From NCBI GenBank assembly GCA_023213395.1, contig CM041465.1, positions 125,867,741 to 125,931,740 of the forward strand: 64,000 bases of DNA, written 5' to 3'. Origin of the DNA: Cycas panzhihuaensis. Taxonomy: Eukaryota > Plantae > Cycadophyta. The first letter of the stretch is position 1; each line of letters begins with the position of its first letter. The position numbers and the translations under genes are program-made. The notes below the pieces were generated by a model. That model was not told the DNA's origin. It was given only the letters and a program-made list of their open reading frames with translations, and made no database searches. Of this stretch, positions 1-12,976 are shown piece after piece.

Positions 1-160
1 CCAAAGCCAGAGGGATCTTTAGTCTAGCTTTGTTATCCTCGAACACAGGTGTTAGGTCAAAGGATTCGTCCTCTTTTGTTTTCAAAACGTCACGATAGGT
101 TCTCCCCAATACTAGGTTAGGGTTGTGGTTCTGATATAGAGAGGAATGATCTTTTTCCAT
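1..160 (-). CDS. LINE ORF1 N-terminus (partial)
   Basis: ATG at 160-158; translation matches MEKDHTYLNQNQNPYLALGRTYRDVLKTNEEESFDLTP of the 56654 ORF1. Confidence 0.85.
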   Translation of the reverse strand, partial: MEKDHSSLYQNHNPNLVLGRTYRDVLKTKEDESFDLTPVFEDNKARLKIPLAL

Positions 161-178
161 GTTTTTAAAAAATCAAGA

Positions 179-649
179 CTAAAGAAGAAAACACCAGACA
201 AGAAAACAGTGGCATACCATTTCATCTTCAGCCAATCTTTTCAAGGAGCTCGCCCGGAATCTTAGCAGTATGTTGAAAAACTCTCTAGCTCCACCATTGG
301 AGTTGATTCGCAGTCTATTTGTGTGCCTATGGGGCCCGCGTCCCTTCCCAAGCCTTTTCTCGCCCGTTAGACCAGCTGTGTCATGGCGGCTCTCATCTTC
401 TAGAAGGTCACACCAGGGTTTCAGTAAGCCTGGTGACCACAGTCGAGGTGAGAAAACACTACCCCATTGTACCTGAGTATCGCTCACTCTGGCTCCTTTG
501 CTAGTCGGTCCGTCTATCCTTTGGTTAAACCCGTGTGCATGCTTCCTGTCCACTGTCTCAGCTTGAGCGAGGGGAATGGAGAACCTAAGAAGATCTACAA
601 AGGCCAGTCGGCCAACTCTGTCTTCACCCTCCAAGGGACGCCATGGCAT
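179..649 (-). CDS. LINE upstream sense ORF (156 aa, unknown function, hydrophobic Cys-rich C-terminus)
   Basis: Open ORF in the track. Gapless 52-codon alignment to ORF 56214-56654 (W..LLED..R...G.GRG.HR...R.R...NGGAR.F.N.LLR). Confidence 0.6.
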   Translation of the reverse strand: MPWRPLEGEDRVGRLAFVDLLRFSIPLAQAETVDRKHAHGFNQRIDGPTSKGARVSDTQVQWGSVFSPRLWSPGLLKPWCDLLEDESRHDTAGLTGEKRLGKGRGPHRHTNRLRINSNGGAREFFNILLRFRASSLKRLAEDEMVCHCFLVWCFLL

Positions 650-730
650 CTAAAATCTAACTGCGTTCTCCACCACAGCCATGCCAAACCCTAGTCCAGA
701 ATCGCCTCGCGCTCACCAGCTCGATATGAT

Positions 731-2563
731 TTGGTGGGCTTTATTTAGAGGAAAAGAAAAAAAATAGAAACTTAGAACTTAATGATTGAGTTATTATTGT
801 TGTATGTATTGTAAAACCATTTTCCCCATTTTCTATGAATGTAAATATTACACTATTATAAAATATTAGTCTCCAAGGGTAGACTATGTAATAAAGAGTG
901 GCAATTGTTCACATCTCAGGAAAGAATTACTATGCTACAATAAAATATGATGTAGAGGCTTGAAAGCAAAGGGTTCTAAAAGGAAAAATTGTAAAGTTTT
1001 GGATGATGGGAATGATCTCATACTAATGCTAATTTTTTCCTTAAAGAAGGGCCTAGAATGAAGAGTTCTATTATGTTTGTATTGTCTGTTATCCATTATC
1101 AATAAATGGGGTATCTTTGATAATATAGTTTTGAGAACATATTTGAATAAAATAATATTAATCTTATTGGGATTTATTTTTAACATTGTAATAATTTTTA
1201 GATTGTATATAAAACTCAATCAGTTTGTTAATTTTAAATTTGATGCTTCGTAATATCTTAATCCATATTAAAATCATTATTCTAATTGATTTCTTTAATT
1301 AAAGTAAATAGTTTGGTGTGCCCTTTTTATATCTCTATTAATGCAAGTAATAAACATGCAGTACTAACATGAACATTATAAATGCCATTGGAATGATATA
1401 GACAAGCATATATAAGTATTATTATAGTAAACATTGGTCATATGACATTAGAGTCATGTAGACTTTATGATGGATTACCTACTTTGTCTCTTGGAGGAAC
1501 TGAAAAGCTTTTAGTAATTCATTTATTTTCTCATTCTTTCCATTGTTAATAGCACATGCTAATCAATGGAATACTATTGACAAAAGTATAAGCCAAACTC
1601 TAGCTAGAATGTTGAAGCAATAAATTAACTACTTTCAAATATTTACATTATGAAAATAAAGACAAGACCACCCTCTATTTATTTTGTTTATCATTATGTA
1701 GTGTATTCACTCACTAATAGATATCTCCACCTCACTATGAAAGGATTATAACTTCCTATCAATCAATCTGCTTACTAATAAAATTTGGAATTGATAGTAC
1801 CCTTAACAACATCAAATTGGAGTCACATGTGAACTTATATAGACATCACTATTGATACTCGAAAGAGCCTTCACTATCAAACTTGAAAAAGAGAAAAAGT
1901 ACAACAATAAGAGTGACAAGTTCTACTTTATTCCTTTCTATTCTTATTTTATGTGTGCCCAAAGTACATGCATTCCCATTGTCTCTAAAACACATGGTTC
2001 AATTCAAGGTTTACACACAATTAATGTGAAAGTTTTATGTGTATTAAATAATATTATTTTCATCAAATTTTAAAATATTAAGAAAGTAGAACAATCATTG
2101 GATTTATACACTCAATGCACATGTGAACCATATCTAATACTATATAAAGAACCTGAAATTGTCATATACTATTTTAGCAAAATGACAACAAGGTAGTTTC
2201 ATTGCAAATGAATCACGTTTTCATGGATGTGGTGGAGTTTTGACCATGCTGGGAATGAAATAATCCAGTTACGTCAGGCTCCTTCAGGACAATGACAACT
2301 TGATTAATTAATTAATAATTATTTAAGTATGTGATTGCATGGGTAAGATAAGTTCAAAGGGTTAATTATTCTCTCGAGGGCTTGTATTAGTCATACTTCT
2401 TCAGCCAACTTGGCTTGGATATGAGATTCTTCTACGTACACTATAATTCCTACTTTTTCATGGACTCTAATTATAGGGGCCGCTGTCATTTAGAAATCAT
2501 CACCGGTGTTCTTTCTAAGTTTAGAAGCTGTGGTGGAGAATCGGGAATACTAATATGATAACT
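731..2563 (+). repeat. MKK 5' flank/promoter block, copy A (segmental duplicate of ~20204-21973)
   Basis: Co-linear near-identity, e.g. gactatgtaa...gagtggcaattgttcacatctc at ~882 and ~20360. Confidence 0.9.
2214..2276 (+). promoter_or_regulatory. Candidate stress/hormone cis-elements upstream of MKK: CACGTT (T/G-box), TTGACC (W-box), TTACGTCA (TGACG motif)
   Basis: Motifs at 2214, 2240 and 2269. The ACGT cores are also kept in copy B (~21666, 21721). Short motifs with no functional evidence. Confidence 0.3.
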
Positions 2564-3517
<954 letters not shown>

Positions 3518-3627
3518 ATTATTATCATCTATCAATTTTCTTCAGTAAATGAATAACATATACTCCTAAGACAGTTGTAGAATCTAATTCATTCACTCTT
3601 TATAAAGGTAGATTCATTAATATTATG

Positions 3628-5359
3628 TTTTTTTTTTTTTTTTTGATATGGTAAAAAATGATATTATAGGGGTTTTATCTGGATCCCCAAAACCTGTACA
3701 TCAGGCCAATTGGCTTAGCTGATATGACCATGACAGGCCCATGGTCTATCCCAATCACTATCTCCCGTCCTCCTCAGTTAGCCTCACCAATATGTGCTTG
3801 ATCTGACCCGGTCTCCGTAACTCCTCCGGGTAATCCCCTTTCCAGACCCTTGTGCTCTTATTTGCCACGGCCCAGTTTGCCAGCCAATCGGCTGCCTAAT
3901 TCCCTTCCTTAAACGTATGTTGAATCTATACACTAGCTTTGGATCTCAAAATATCCTAGACATCCCTGAAAATATCTGCGTTGTCCCATCCCGGTTTCGC
4001 TTCCCCTTTCAAGCATTTTATAACATACATAGAGTCCCCCTCAATGACCACCTTTTGGGTTCCCTCCTCGTCCATCAGGATTATCGCTCTCAGCATCGCC
4101 CGCACCTCAGCCTTCTGGTTCGTATGGATTCCAAGGTACTCCATAAAGGCCCATCTCAAGTTACTGCCATGATCCCTACACAGACCTCCTCCACCCGCCT
4201 CTCCGGGGTTTCCTTTGGCCGCTCCATCAAAGTTCACCTTTCCCCACTGAATATCTGGAGAATGCCATTTAATATCCCTGCTCCTCTCCCTGGCCCCCCT
4301 CTGGGAGACAATGCCCTAATCTTTTATGATGCCTTCTTCCCCCACTGGAATCCTTTCCCCTTTAGGCACCACTAGCATTTCTAAAATGCCTTTTCTAATA
4401 TCCACTAGCAGGGATGAGCAATCCCTCTCTCTTCCCTCAAAGACCCTCCTATTTCGTTCTTTCCAAATGTACCAAGAGCCAACCGGTAAGATCATCCTCC
4501 AGATTCTTTTAAGGGTTTTACTTTTAAAAGGAGAAGTCCAAGCTGTCCACTGGTCTATAAGGGATTTTGATGAGACCCAGGGCATCCCCAACCCCGACCA
4601 GAAATTACTCCATATGCCCACCGAGTAGGGGCAGTGGATGCTAAGGTGATCCAGGGTTTCTGCGTCGCTCTTGCAGAGCACACACCTGCTAACCAGTTGG
4701 AAGCCCCTTTTCGATAGATTATCTAGAGTAAGTAATTTATTTTGGAGGCACAACCACCAAAAAGCAGCTATTTTTGGAAGAATTCCTAACTTCCAAGCCC
4801 CAGCTAATATATCATTCCTGTATATATATCATTCCGCTAACTCCCGAGGCGGGCCATACCAGCGTATCTGGCACAGACCTCTTCGGAATATACTGATTCC
4901 CTAATATCTCCCTAACTCTTTGAGTCCCGTCCTCAAAGCCTAGCAAGTCCTCAAAAGTTCTCCATCTCCTATCCTTGCCCTGCCCTACCCAGTAATCTTT
5001 AACTGTCATTCCATAACGAATTACGCATTCCCTCTGCAAGGCTCCAATGTTAGGTAGCTCCTCTAATTTGGATTGACCACACCATCTGTCTTCCCAGAAC
5101 TTTATGCTTTCTCCATCCCCCAACTTCCATCTCATACCTTCGCGCAGGAGGGGCCTTGCAGACCTAATGGCCCTCCATATCGGGGAGCCTTCCAAGCAAT
5201 GCCCCTCCTCCAAAAAAAAGTGATTGTCCCCCGTATACTTCCTAGCCAGAATTCTCCCCATGCACTGACTTCTTTGGTGAGTCTCCACCCCGTCTTAGCC
5301 AAGAGGGCTTCATTAAAAAAACCCAGTCTTCTTACGCTGAGGCCCCCCGCCCATTCGGG
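3628..5359 (-). mobile_element. 5'-truncated L1 LINE (ORF2 C-terminus: zf-RVT + RNase H, 3' UTR, poly(A)) inserted just downstream of MKK-A
   Basis: Poly(T) at 3628-3644; 13-bp TSD TTAATATTATGTT (3617-3629 / 5360-5372); peptides SRCVLCKSDAETLDHL, WYIWKERNRRVF, NFDGAAKGNPGEAGGGG; empty site in the paralog at ~25007. Confidence 0.95.
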
Positions 5360-5705
5360 TTAATATTATGTTATTTTATGTTGTATATTTATATTAATTT
5401 TGTTAAAATTTCATCTTTATAGAATGAAATTCTAGAGTTAATTTTTATATTCTTTCTTTATTTTATAATAATTAGAGATGACAATCCCATTTTATTATCA
5501 CATTCTGATGATTATCAAACTTTCATGTTGTTAATTAATCATGATGACTTTAAATGAGTAAAAATGTATTGAAGAACTATTGTTATTTATTCATTAAAAA
5601 ATGACCTTTAATTTATAATTAAATATGAGAATCCTTTATTGTCTACTAAAACATTTAATTTTAATGAAAAAAATCATCACAAAAATTATCCAGGAAAGGC
5701 CCAAG

Positions 5706-5935
5706 ACACTTGACATTGAGTTTATGCCGAAATGATTCCAAAAGACAATATGAAAGCTTTCGCAGATTAATGTTAAAAGCTAATGAAATAGTATTACATC
5801 TCTAATGTTTATAATTAAAATCACTTAATAATAGCCTAAAGATGCTTGACATAGGGTTTATGTCCAAATGGCTCTAAAAGATTGTATAGAGGTTTTTCTA
5901 GATGATTGTTGAAAGTCAATCAAGCAATGCCATAT
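5706..5935 (+). repeat. Degenerate ~135-bp two-unit tandem repeat (also at ~25350-25585 and ~37900-38140)
   Basis: cttgacattgagtttatg...aaatg...aaaagac repeated as cttgacatagggtttatg...aaatg...aaaagat. Confidence 0.6.
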
Positions 5936-6339
5936 CCTTATTTCTTTTTGGATGACTATTGATAATTAATGCAATAATGTCGTGTCCTTAAAAGCAAAAA
6001 ATAAACATTATAATAACTTATCTCAGTTATTAAAAAAACCCTATGATATATTATTACCTATATATAAATAAAAGTAAGACACCTAATTTTTTTATAGTAG
6101 CTTTTTGTTATGCATGTACTCTGTACAGACTTATTTACTTAGTTTGTTATCATAATTTAATCCTAATAACTTGCTTAAAGTGTGTGTGATGATAATTTTG
6201 CCTTGAATATTATGTTGTAAAGTAATAAATATGAAAATAATTTGTACACACCCCTCCCTATCGACACACATGGATATATGTATGCACGTGCACAAATGAA
6301 TACACATACACACATGTATGTGTATATGAATAGGTACTT

Positions 6340-6384
6340 GTGTGGGTGTATATATATATATATATATACATGTATACACACATA

Positions 6385-6462
<78 letters not shown>
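6340..6462. repeat. Compound microsatellite (TA)n-(TG)n-(CA)n
   Basis: Directly visible. Confidence 0.97.
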
Positions 6463-6466
<4 letters not shown>

Positions 6467-6931
6467 AACATAAAGGTAATATATATATACACACAAACAT
6501 AAAGATAACCTACAACTTCAATTTATCATTCACTAAGACTAAAATATCATAGGCATTTAGTCTACCTTCTTGTTATCTCCCTAAACTAACCCATATGCAT
6601 TATTTTCTTATTTGTCATAATACACTATTAAGGATGGATTTTGTATGGGATGCTACATTTGAATGACACTCAAATCTATATGTTTTGAATTCAACTTAGT
6701 TGAGGCTTTTCATTATATTTGCATATTATGTCCATTTAAAGTTATCATTGAAAGGGGTTGAGGGAATATAGAGGAAGGATGTAGATTATAGAAATTAACC
6801 TACGTAATTTAGAGAATAATTAGTTAGATAGTCATGTTAGTGGGGTAAATTTGATTGAGGGTTGACCCATGAGTGACATGAAAGGTTTATGGAAACCTAA
6901 TGGGAGATATGAAATGGGAAAGAACATGGAT

Positions 6932-8551
6932 TGATATAGAAGCATCTAGACCTTCATTATTACTCCATCTATTTTTTACTTTTTTAGTTATTTTACTCTA
7001 AATTTTGGAGTCTATTGATTAAAGCATAACTTTTGAATTGATGGTTAAAATTTAGTCACTCCAACACCAAATTAAAGGTCTATTTGAGAAGGATGGGTAA
7101 AAATGACCTGGGATAGAGCCAAATGCCCATCATAGGCCCAAAGTTTGCCTACCAATAAAATACTTTAAAACTACCTAAAAATTAAGATGTATTTTCTATG
7201 TCTAAAGATAGTGGTTAATTTTTAACTAGTTTTCACTTTTATGTAATGACCCTTAGTGGTCTAGATTTTCTTAGTAGGAATTAACTTAGAAACACGGAAT
7301 TAGATAGTATTTTACATAATTAAGGAGTTTTTAGCATTAGGGTTAGAAGTTTCTAGACTTCTCATTTTTACTCATATAAATATAATTTAGGATTATCTTT
7401 TGGTAGATTTGAATAAAATGGAATGGAATTCAAAGTAAAATACTCTCTCTATTCTTTAGACTTTTTCTTTGGTTCTTTCTTCATTTTAGATTGGTGCATG
7501 TGAGATAGAATCTTTTCCTTGTAGGTTGCCCTCATCATCTAGTATCATAGCATGGCTTAACTTTAGGGTTAAAGAAAGAAACCATAAAAGTTTGAGGTAT
7601 TGCAATGGATAGTTGTTGAAGAGACTGCATAGGTTGTAGTATATTCTTATTGAAAGGGTAAGGAATTACTGGTTGACGCTTAGGATCCCTGTAAAAATCT
7701 TACAAGAGAAGCTTTATAACCTAAAGTAGTTAGGTAAAGATAAGAGCAGTTAAAAATGCCATGAAGAGGAGGAAGAGTAAGCTATGTTAAAATGAATAGA
7801 AACTTATAGGAGTTGCAAAAGAGAATAAAATTGCTTACTAATATAGTATTAAGATAAAGACATGGAGGAAGTACCAGTGAAGAAGTAGCATTAAGTGATG
7901 ATAGTATAGGATTTAAAGAGGATGAACCACAAGAATCACAGGCAATAGAAGAAATATTCTTAAAAGCACTTGAAGATAAGAGTGATGGAATCAAGATTGA
8001 CATTCTAGACTACTATGGAAGTTTAAAATCAAAGGAGTTAGTAGATTGGCTAAATGCCATGGAAAAGTTCTTTGAATGGAAGAGAATGACCAAAGAAAAC
8101 ATGGTAAAGTTTACATACACAAACTTTAAAAGACATGCAACTATTTAGTGGGATTACTTGCAAAAAGAGAGGGTAAAGAAAGGCAAGGAAAAGATCAAAA
8201 CATGGACCAAAATGGTCAAAAAGTTGAAAGAGAAGTTTCTACCAACTGACTATTCTCAAAACCTCTTTAGAAAGTTCCATAACTAAAATTAGAAAGAAAT
8301 GATAGTACAAGGTTATATAGATGAATTCTATAAGCTTTCCATTGATGTGGAGCATGAGGAAATTGATGAACAAGTTGCTACAAGATATGTAAATGGTTTA
8401 AAGCTTTCAATTCAAGATGAACTTAGCATGCATAGAGTTAATGACATGGGAGATGCATATCAATTAGTATAGAAGGTAGAAGAGAAGCAAAATATGCATA
8501 CTACTTGAAAGTGCACTATGATGAGAAGAGGTTCATTACCTTTATACAAAA
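6932..8551 (+). mobile_element. CRM-type Ty3/gypsy, unit A: 5' LTR 6932-7537, PBS 7540-7551, degenerate gag; truncated by deletion
   Basis: LTR TGAT...CATCA; PBS tagtatcatagc (decayed tRNA-iMet TGGTATCAGAGC); gag motif KIDILDYYGSLKSKELVDWLNAMEKFF. Confidence 0.88.
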
Positions 8552-10349
8552 GGTGTTAGATGTGCACTCATCGATTTAGAGTCATAACTTATATTCTCTG
8601 AGGCTCTATTGTCAACTTTCAATATTTGGAGTAATTTATGTGTGTCATCCCCCTAAATTTTGGAATTTGAACATCATACTTAATAACATCATTATGGTAG
8701 CATGAGGGTATTTTGGAGTTTAGTCTAAGCAACTGATCCTCTGTCTCTGCAAAGACAACATCTCTAGTAATGATGATTTTTCATTGTAAAGGTATAAAGA
8801 CCTTATACCATTTCTTGTCCATAGGGTATCTGACAAATATATCTTTAAGTGCCCTTGGCTGAAGTTTATTTCGATCTGCATCCAGAATGTGGGCATAGCA
8901 TGTAGAGCAAAAAAATTTAAAGTAGTGAACAATGGGAGCTTGTCTTGACCACTTTTCATTAGGTGATTGTCCTTCCTTTGGTGGGCTAACAATATTGATA
9001 CAAAAATGACTATCTAGATCAGTTCAGCTCATATGTAAGTAGGTACATTTTTGTATATTAACATAGCTCTAACTATGTTCATGATTATCCTATTCATATG
9101 CTCGGTAACTCCGTTTTGTTGTGGGGTACCTACTACTATTATTTAATGTTTGATGCCATTATCTCGAAGGTAGATTTCAAACTCATGTGAGGTATATTCA
9201 CCACCATTATTAATTCAAAGATATTTGAGTTGATAACCTGACTCTTTTTCAGTGCAGGCTTTAAATTCATTGAATACATGGAAGGCTTCATCTTTCTTGT
9301 GTAGAAAAGCTACCCATACTCTCCTAATGAAATCATCAATAAAAGAGATATAATATAACTTACTTTTCAGTGAACGAATGGCCATTGGTTTGCATAGATC
9401 AGAGTGTACCAATTATAATGGATGACTTGATTTCCACTGACTTTTGAAAAAGGGTTGTCAATGAGATTTGGCAATGATACAAGATTTACACTTAAAGAGC
9501 TTGGAGGAGAACTTTGGAAGACTTGGAAGAGTGTTATAAAGATATCTAAGTCTATCAATGTGAACATGGCCCATGTGAGTATGCCAAAGAGCTTTTGGTC
9601 ACAATGTTGGGTGGGTTAGGATGGTGTTGAATGTAAATTCTTCGTTAGCATAAGGGTTTTAGGCACAATGGGCTTTATAAGATAGAGAGTCATTCGGTTG
9701 AAAGAGTTTACTAGTGAGATGTCCAATCAAGACCACTTGATCAATTGGAGGGTGAATGACCTGAAGAGTCTGGTCATTTATAATTACACTCAGATTAAAT
9801 TCACGATAGATAAGTGTGGATAAGGAAAGTAAGTTTTATTTGAGATTGGATATGTATAAGTCATCAAGCAATGTAAAATCTCTTAAGCCTAGGAGATTTA
9901 GGAAAATGTTACCAATTCCTTTAACAAGTTGTTGTGATTTATTAGCTATGTGAATAATTCCTTGAATATTTGAGTCAAATGTTTAATATAGACTGTGATG
10001 TGCATCATATGTTAAGTTAATCCTATGTCTATGATCCACTATCCATCAATTGAGGCAACACTATTTGCAATTCCAATAGGACTTGGTATTAGTGAAGGGA
10101 AAAGAGGTGAAACAAGATATGAGAGAAAAGCTTGGAGGTGAAAATGAATAATGACTCCCTTCTTGAGATTTTATCTTTTATTATTGAGGGTGAGCATTAG
10201 GGTTAGGATTCTCTCATCTAATGATACGAATCCCAAATTACATCTAAATGTGCATAAAGCATATTTCAGTAAGAGATTAATACTAACAATATATCCTAAG
10301 GTTACTTAATTTATCTACATAAATGGCCTTGATATATTAATCTCTTTCA
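8552..10349 (-). mobile_element. Ty1/copia family 1, partial (LTR remnant ~10097-10349, protease, integrase)
   Basis: VHSDLCKPM...YYISFIDDF integrase motif; near-identical to 15275-17072 and 31872-33670. Confidence 0.9.
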
Positions 10350-10523
10350 AATACTTCAAAGAACCATAATAGTACCTAGGTAATGACCCATACAAGATAA
10401 AGGAAGCACAAAGATGGATGGTGTTTTATGGTTATGAAATAATATTTTTAGGATAAGATGCACTGCAGGAGGAAAGGTATGCAAAGTTATAATTGATGGT
10501 GGTAATTGTGAGAATATGATCTC
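10350..10523 (+). mobile_element. CRM aspartic protease fragment
   Basis: GKVCKVIIDGGNCENMIS; continues the CRM sequence that is uninterrupted at ~41000-41160. Confidence 0.85.
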
Positions 10524-10764
10524 TATTAGGGTTATCACCCCACTCCTACCTTTTGTACATGTGAGCACACATATATTAAGGTCAGTTAGGTAAGGTTAAA
10601 TTTAACTTGAGTTAAGGAGGTTTCTCTCCTCACTCACAATTATATATTTCTTGGATGAAAAACCTTGGTGTCTTTAGACACCACCAACTATTGAAGATCT
10701 ATTGTACTATTTCAAGATGGATTGAATAATATTGATCTTTACTTATGTTTTTTCATGATGGATT
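10524..10764 (+). mobile_element. Truncated LTR (family 2) inserted in the CRM protease
   Basis: Homologous to the complete LTR at 46537-46867 (ccccactcctac...gaaaaaccttggtgtctttaga...catgatggatt). Confidence 0.8.
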
Positions 10765-12976
10765 AGAGAGAGAGAGAGAGATATTAGAATAATCCAACAT
10801 ACTGTGACACATTTCTATGCAAGTTTGAATAAAACACAATGGTAATGCATTATAGGAAGTTGCATTAATAATTATGCTTCCCTCACAGTTTACGATGTAT
10901 TTTGTGGGACCATAACATTACATTAAATATTAGATATTTGAAAATTTTAAATACTCCAATAGTTTCTACCTATGAATTTGCATCCATTATTTAAGTTGAA
11001 GCTTACAAGATTCAAATCAAGTTATATCTTTATTAAATTCAACAAGTACAGTAGTCGCCCTCAGAATAAAAAATAGCCTATGTCAATGTTAGTAACCAAA
11101 GCTTGAAGGTTTCAATAGCCTCTTTGCCTTATATGGATACTGACCATATATAAGTTGGAAGGGCTAAATAAGAGGTAAGACTTAACTTTCACAACTTTAT
11201 CTCAAGATAGAAAATTGAATTATATAAGAACCTTCACCCCCTTCAACTATTAGTCCTATCCAAACCTTGTTAAAGATGGTTATATTACATTGAATAAAAA
11301 GAAGAATCTTGACTTCTCATAATGTCATTATCATAGAAACCATCATGCATAGATTTATGGTTTATTTGTTGTCCTGTATGTATAAAAGAAAAGTTAAGGA
11401 AATGTGGCATATTATGTTATATATTTCCATGTAGCATACTTACTTTATATTTGATAACTTCATATTATTATGATATATAAAAACAAATTCAATGATAGAA
11501 CATTTCTTGATTGGATATAAATGTAATGCAATGCATGACACATAACAACAAATGTGGTATTAAAAATAAAATAATAGAGAGCACATGAATATACACATGA
11601 CATAAATAAACTTGTTACATACTCAATACCAAAGTTATTATTAAAAAAAACTATCATAACAAAGTTACAAATAAACAATTTCATAAAGCCTACCATCACA
11701 TGTATAAATATAATAAATCATATAAGATTTATAGTACAAGTTCATAAAATATTGCTAAAAGACATAAAAACACAATGCATATACAAAATATATAAAACCA
11801 TGCCACACCAATACTTAGAAAAGGTGAAAATAACATACCATTGAAGAAAAGTATAACAGGCAAACATAAATATTTTAAAAATTGTAAAATACATTGCATG
11901 CAAAATGCATTAAAAATTTGATGAAAATATAAGAAGGACCCTTTGATAGGATAAATATTCTAATGAGAAAATGTAATTGCAAGGGAAACGAACAAAAGAA
12001 AAGAAAAAGAAAAAGTATGCATCTACCAATTAATAACATTGCCATACATCCTTGTAATAAGCAAACTCATATTGCATTAAGAACCAAAATACAAAAATAT
12101 AAATAAATATTACAGGAAAGTGAAAACATAAAATAATGAAATATATAAATATAACAAACATGAGATAACAATTGAATGTAGCATGAATATATTTAAATAG
12201 AAAACAAATATAATACAATAGTAAAAAGAAAAATACAATACATGTATTTAAAAACTTGAAAATATACCTTTATATTGAACAAATGCTTAAAACAATATAA
12301 ATGAATAATATTAATAATAATAGCACCACACACACACACACATTTTGCAAGAAATTTAAAAAGAAAAAATATAAAGTAAAACTATAATAAATATGAAACA
12401 AAATTTTAATAAACTATTTATATTTGTAATATATAATAAATATAATATAATACTAAAAAGAAAAACTATCCACATATGCAAAAACTACAAAGTGGTTGTG
12501 CACTTCCACTGAGTTGTGCATTCAATCAACTTCGTCGAGAACTATTTATTCATGTCCATTGGATGAGAGTAAATATGAAAAAAGAAAATATTTTACCATA
12601 TTTAGTGTTAAATCATGAGCAATGTTAACGAGGAGTGGCATGAAATATAGATCACATCTTAAATAACATGTATCATGTTGGACCTCATCATTTTAAACTA
12701 TATTTTGATATTGCACATTTAGTTATGTTAAACTAATAATAATAAGGTTACTTACATTGAAAATGCTTCTATATCAAATTTAACCTTCCTCTAAAGTGAT
12801 TTTTACCATGAATAAATAGTACAATCTGAGATTCCTAAGAAAAATATCAGTTGCATATTTTAGTTGCAACTGAAAATATGGATGTTATTATTCAAATGCC
12901 TACTTGTTAGCCAGCACTTGCTCTTAGCGGTATCTCATCTAATAATTTATGTGCTTAGAGTTATCAAGTAGAATTT
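10765..12976 (+). repeat. AT-rich non-coding block X, copy 1
   Basis: Near-identical to 17488-19708; begins with (GA)n. Confidence 0.9.

Larger units (their letters stand above)
1..730 (-). mobile_element. 5' end of an L1-clade LINE (5' UTR, upstream ORF, start of ORF1); runs off the left edge of the window
   Basis: Reverse complement of 1-160 reads MEKDHSSLYQNHNPNLVLGRTYRDVLKTKEDESFDLTP, homologous to ORF1 at 56654. Host flank homology to 20204 onward begins at ~731, which fixes the 5' end. Confidence 0.9.

Noticed and set aside
6131-6552. CVCV/HTHT ORFs (also at 38364-38725)
   Set aside because: Microsatellite artefacts.
10356-10568. ~70-aa minus-strand ORF conserved three times (also 17079 and 33677)
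   Set aside because: Antisense across a CRM protease/LTR junction; it recurs only through segmental duplication.
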